From positions 1 through 10,800 of the forward strand of contig NJBF01000072.1 in assembly GCA_003144275.1 (NCBI GenBank): a stretch of 10,800 nucleotides of DNA, given 5' to 3'. A program made the position numbers and the translations under genes. Below the pieces are notes generated by a model. It saw only the letters and a list, made by a program, of their open reading frames with translations. It ran no database searches and was not told the origin of the DNA. This document shows, piece by piece, positions 7,854 through 10,800 of the stretch. This stretch comes from Candidatus Heimdallarchaeota archaeon B3_Heim. Its GTDB lineage: Archaea; Asgardarchaeota; Heimdallarchaeia; Hodarchaeales; Hodarchaeaceae. Each line of letters begins with the position of its first letter. Positions within the stretch are counted from its first letter, which is position 1.

Positions 7854-8651
7854 TTATTCGTACCATTTAGAGTGTTGGGTCTTACAAAGTACACGATAGA
7901 CAAGACCGGGAAAAAGGCACTGCAGGAAACTCGTGGTTTTACCAAGAAGTGTGAGCGTCATCATGAATCTTTTCTTCCTGATCATTTTGAGAACCGCGCA
8001 TGCAACTTCCTCTGCAGTTTGATGACCTTTTCTTTTTATACTAACATATGAACCATCCGGATAAAGGACTTTTTTATCAGGATAATTCTTGACAAAACCT
8101 GCACGAAGAAGACCGATGTGCACCTTGCTTTTCGCGAGCTCGATACGTAGCGATTGTGCAAGAGCAGTCAAGCCAATTTTTGCGACGCAATAAGGAGACA
8201 TGTTTGGTTGGCCGTGGATACTTGCTATGGTTGAGATAAAGATGATGCTCCCTTGTGTCTCTCGTATCGCAGGAAGTGCTGCTTGTGTGCAATAGACCCC
8301 ACTCATCAAGTTCGCGTCGACAACACTCTTGAAAAATTCTGCATTAATGTTCTCAAATCGTCCTCTCATTGAAAGGCCTGCATTGTTGATAAGATAATCA
8401 ATCCTGCCGAATTGTTTTGTTGTTGTATTAACAAGCCGTTTGCAATTTTGGGGTTTGGTGATATCGCCAACAATTGCCAATGGATGATACCCTTTGTTCT
8501 TGAACTCTTCCTTTATCGCATTGAGCTGTTCCTTATTTCTTTCATTGATGACGACATTCGCACCATGCTTAAGGAAAACAAATGCAATTGCCTTACCAAT
8601 GCCTTTGCTCGAACCTGTCACGATAACTGTTTTATTTTTGAAACTTTTCAT
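7854..8651 (-). CDS. Classical SDR family NAD(P)-dependent oxidoreductase (265 aa)
   Basis: Shows TGSSKGIG (TGxxxGxG), DYLINNAG, a catalytic Ser in FISTIAS, and YCVAK (YxxxK). Basic residues in the Gly-rich loop (K) and after beta-2 (R) suggest NADP(H) preference. Substrate is not assignable. Confidence 0.93.
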   Translation of the reverse strand: MKSFKNKTVIVTGSSKGIGKAIAFVFLKHGANVVINERNKEQLNAIKEEFKNKGYHPLAIVGDITKPQNCKRLVNTTTKQFGRIDYLINNAGLSMRGRFENINAEFFKSVVDANLMSGVYCTQAALPAIRETQGSIIFISTIASIHGQPNMSPYCVAKIGLTALAQSLRIELAKSKVHIGLLRAGFVKNYPDKKVLYPDGSYVSIKRKGHQTAEEVACAVLKMIRKKRFMMTLTLLGKTTSFLQCLFPGLVYRVLCKTQHSKWYE

Positions 8652-8901
8652 CTGTGATACACGTTCTCCTTAAACTAAACTTGATGTTGATAATAAAAGC
8701 AGGCAAAACGGCTAAAATTTAAAGTGTTTCACAAAATTGTTCCTCTTGGATATAGTCAGATATAAGAAAGCCTATTTTGAAAAATCATTTGAAACCATAT
8801 TTTATTTTGAAATCATAATACTAGTCTAAAATTATCCTAACCTTAACTCCTTCTTATGCAGCTTTATAAATAAAAAAAACGAAGTCTTGGAAAAAAAATA
8901 G

Positions 8902-8961
8902 AAATTTCAAAATCCAAAAATCAAAATCCCAAATAAATCCCAATTAAAGAAATCCCAAAAT
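8902..8961. repeat. Degenerate short tandem repeat tract AAAT(C)1-3AA
   Basis: AAATCCCAA is exact at 8924-8932, 8935-8943 and 8950-8958. Variants are AAATTTCAA 8902-8910, AAATCCAA 8910-8917 and AAATCAA 8918-8924. It resembles the TTTGGGATTT/AAATCCCAAA tracts I recall flanking four-helix-bundle genes in Bacteroidota. Confidence 0.8.
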
Positions 8962-8984
8962 GAATAATAAATTAATTTTGTTGC

Positions 8985-10634
8985 ATGAAACACAAAGATA
9001 AACTATGCAACCATTATAATGAAATTTTAGATGGAACCTATGACTGCATTGACAGATTAGTTCTAAATGGTTACTTTTCACAGGGTTGTTCACCTGGAGG
9101 TTTTAGAACCTGGTTCAGGGCTTTTAAAGGGTCAGACAAAGATTTGAATAATGCAACTTTAATGAGAATGGCCGGGAGGTTTAGCAGACGAATTAATGCC
9201 TTTTGCAAGAAAAGAAATATACCATTACATTATTTCAAAACTGGAGAAAGAAAACATGAAAAAGCCGAAGAATTATTGCCAACAGATAAAAACTTTACAG
9301 GAATATTTGCCATATTCGTAGCAAGAGCACCAGGATCAGTTTGGGATATAAAAGAATTTGATAATGGGAAAATAGACATTCGTAAGAAGAAACCTTTACC
9401 TTTTATCAACCATTATTATTTCCATATAATAGATAAAAAGTGGGGACATATTACAATAAAGATGGCAGGTCATCCACCATTTGGTACTCAAATCATGTTA
9501 AACGGTCATGAGTGGGTAGAAAGGAGAAAAGCAGTACAAAAACTATCAATAATAAAAGAAGGTAATTGCTTTACAAGTTTTTCCAGCGGTGAAGCGCTAT
9601 CGAGAATTGCAGATACCTTAAGTATACAAAAAGGGCAACTTGAGAGTGTGTGTAACCGCTGGATTTATAAATGCCTGTGGTTTGGGCTGGATAAAGAAGA
9701 ACAGGAAAGGTCTGGTTTTAGGTATCAGTATTCTATTTATCAAGTAGAATATAGTCGTAATCTATTATTTAAAAGAGGAACACAATTAGATCAAATGTAT
9801 CAAAACCTTATTACTCTTTCCCGTGAACGACTTGATATAAAGAGGTTAAAAACTATTTTTGGCAGGAAATATCGCCCTCATAATCGCAAGCAAAAAGGTT
9901 CTGGTTTTGAAATACGTATAGAGAGACCTGATTATAATTTGACAATCTTTAAGATACACTTTGGCAAATTGACACTCAAATTGTATGATAAAGGCGAACG
10001 GGTTTTGAGAGCAGAAGTTGTAGTACACAATGCCAAAGAATTAAAGTGTAAACGAAGCGTCACGAATTTTATGGAGATAGTCAGCAAGCTACGTGTAATC
10101 ATGAATAGTTTTATGGATAATCTTTGCTACACACATGTATCCCTTTTGAAAGATGGTTCATTTGAGCAATTAACCAACCCAAGCCAAAAAGGAAAACAAA
10201 GACTTGCAGGAGTGGATATAAACAAAAGAAGAAACTTAGCCATCATGGAGTGTGTATTGGCGCTAGCCATTAAACCGAATGGTTATACTGCAAAAGACAT
10301 AGCGACTTTAATGAAGGAAAAGCTGAATAAAAAAGAAGCAACAGTATATTCATCAATCAAAGCTGCTTATGACATCAAGAAATTGAGAGGCAAAGGGTTG
10401 GTAGAAAAAACAGGCAAAAGCAGAAAGTACAAAACAACCAAAAGGGGTATGGAAACGATAATAGCAGTGTTGTCTTTAACTCAGAAAACTATACCTGCAA
10501 TATTGTCTTCCATTAATAAAGATGTTTTGGCTAAAAACCCTGAAGAAATGTGTGAAATAGATAAACTATATATCAACATAAGAGAAGAAATTAAAGCTAT
10601 AAATCAATGTTATGGCATAAAAGCATCAGCTTAA
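8985..10634 (+). CDS. Putative transposase of a poorly characterised family (549 aa, basic, C-terminal winged helix-turn-helix)
   Basis: Motifs GTYDCIDRLVLNGY, NHYYFHIIDKKWG..TIKM..HPPF..QIMLNGHEW, QVEYSRNLLF, LKLYDKGERVLRAEV and AYDIKKLRGKGLVEK..KSRKY..TKRG match a widespread family. From recall, its members are usually annotated as hypothetical, MarR-like or transposase. Genomic context (an abrupt junction into another gene) supports mobility. Confidence 0.75.
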   Translation: MKHKDKLCNHYNEILDGTYDCIDRLVLNGYFSQGCSPGGFRTWFRAFKGSDKDLNNATLMRMAGRFSRRINAFCKKRNIPLHYFKTGERKHEKAEELLPTDKNFTGIFAIFVARAPGSVWDIKEFDNGKIDIRKKKPLPFINHYYFHIIDKKWGHITIKMAGHPPFGTQIMLNGHEWVERRKAVQKLSIIKEGNCFTSFSSGEALSRIADTLSIQKGQLESVCNRWIYKCLWFGLDKEEQERSGFRYQYSIYQVEYSRNLLFKRGTQLDQMYQNLITLSRERLDIKRLKTIFGRKYRPHNRKQKGSGFEIRIERPDYNLTIFKIHFGKLTLKLYDKGERVLRAEVVVHNAKELKCKRSVTNFMEIVSKLRVIMNSFMDNLCYTHVSLLKDGSFEQLTNPSQKGKQRLAGVDINKRRNLAIMECVLALAIKPNGYTAKDIATLMKEKLNKKEATVYSSIKAAYDIKKLRGKGLVEKTGKSRKYKTTKRGMETIIAVLSLTQKTIPAILSSINKDVLAKNPEEMCEIDKLYINIREEIKAINQCYGIKASA

Positions 10635-10657
10635 TTATCCATAACATGTTACCAATA

Positions 10658-10675
10658 AGGCTCTTTTAAGAGCCT
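10658..10675. other. Perfect inverted repeat / hairpin at the putative element end
   Basis: AGGCTCTT-TT-AAGAGCCT, extendable to 10654-10679 with one mismatch. It is preceded by the perfect palindrome TAACATGTTA at 10642-10651. Confidence 0.85.
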
Positions 10676-10678
10676 AAT

Positions 10679-10800
10679 TATGCAAGAATGATATTCTCCA
10701 CTTGAACCCAATGCTATATTTAAAAAATTAAGATATTCTTTTATACTTCGTCTTGAATATCCTTCTGCAATATTTCTACTGATACTATGAGAAGAATCAA
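10679..10800 (-). pseudogene. Four-helix-bundle protein (23S rRNA IVP / TIGR02436-like), interrupted; 5' part lies beyond the window
   Basis: The minus frame from 10798 reads DSSHSISRNIAEGYSRRSIKEYLNFLNIALGSSGEYHSCI. SxxxNIAEGyxRxsxxeyxxFLxIAxGSxxE is the family signature. After HSCI the frame runs into the hairpin (IRLLKEPYW*, stop 10649-10651) instead of the expected last helices. Confidence 0.88.

Larger units (their letters stand above)
8962..10677 (+). mobile_element. Putative IS-like element without terminal inverted repeats (right end about 10675-10681; left end uncertain)
   Basis: A single large ORF, then a 10-bp palindrome and an 8-bp-stem hairpin, then directly the coding sequence of an interrupted gene. 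The left boundary is not defined by any TIR or supported TSD; 8962 is only the end of the repeat tract. Confidence 0.6.

Noticed and set aside
8077-8657. ORFs 8077-8292 (-) and 8412-8657 (+)
   Set aside because: Alternate-frame or antisense overlaps of the SDR gene.
8902-8961. Repeat tract as a CRISPR array
   Set aside because: Units are 7-9 nt, irregular and have no spacers. There are no cas genes in the window.
9846-10028. 60-aa minus ORF
   Set aside because: Antisense within the transposase, with no motif.
8830-10645. AATTATCC(A)TAAC similarity between 8830-8841 and 10633-10645
   Set aside because: Short, AT-rich, needs an indel, and does not coincide with an evident boundary.
8854-10684. 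TTATGCA at 8854-8860 and 10678-10684 as a possible 7-bp target-site duplication
   Set aside because: Joining the flanks gives ...HSCIRRS*, which does not restore the four-helix-bundle frame. A 7-mer match is plausible by chance in AT-rich DNA. Worth rechecking only if other copies start at 8861.

Overview
Bacteroidota-like (probably Bacteroidales) window. Left two thirds: two divergently transcribed secreted surface-protein genes. One is a minus-strand IgGFc-binding-domain protein (ATG at 1590, runs off the left edge, absent from the ORF track). The other is a 1656-aa non-catalytic multidomain protein with a T9SS type-A C-terminal domain (1781-6751). Right third is a disrupted accessory zone: a broken FISUMP/Fib_succ_major gene remnant, a B12-binding radical-SAM gene truncated after its cobalamin domain, an intact SDR oxidoreductase, a degenerate AAATCCCAA repeat tract, and a 549-aa putative transposase of a poorly characterised family. 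The most interesting signal is that transposase element. It shows no terminal inverted repeats and no obvious DDE or HUH motif. It has a Rep_trans-like 'KLYDK...LRAE' motif and a C-terminal winged helix. It ends in a perfect hairpin that abuts the break point of a four-helix-bundle gene, and the 3' half of that gene is not found on the other side. By inference this fits a rolling-circle-type, possibly one-ended, transposon.
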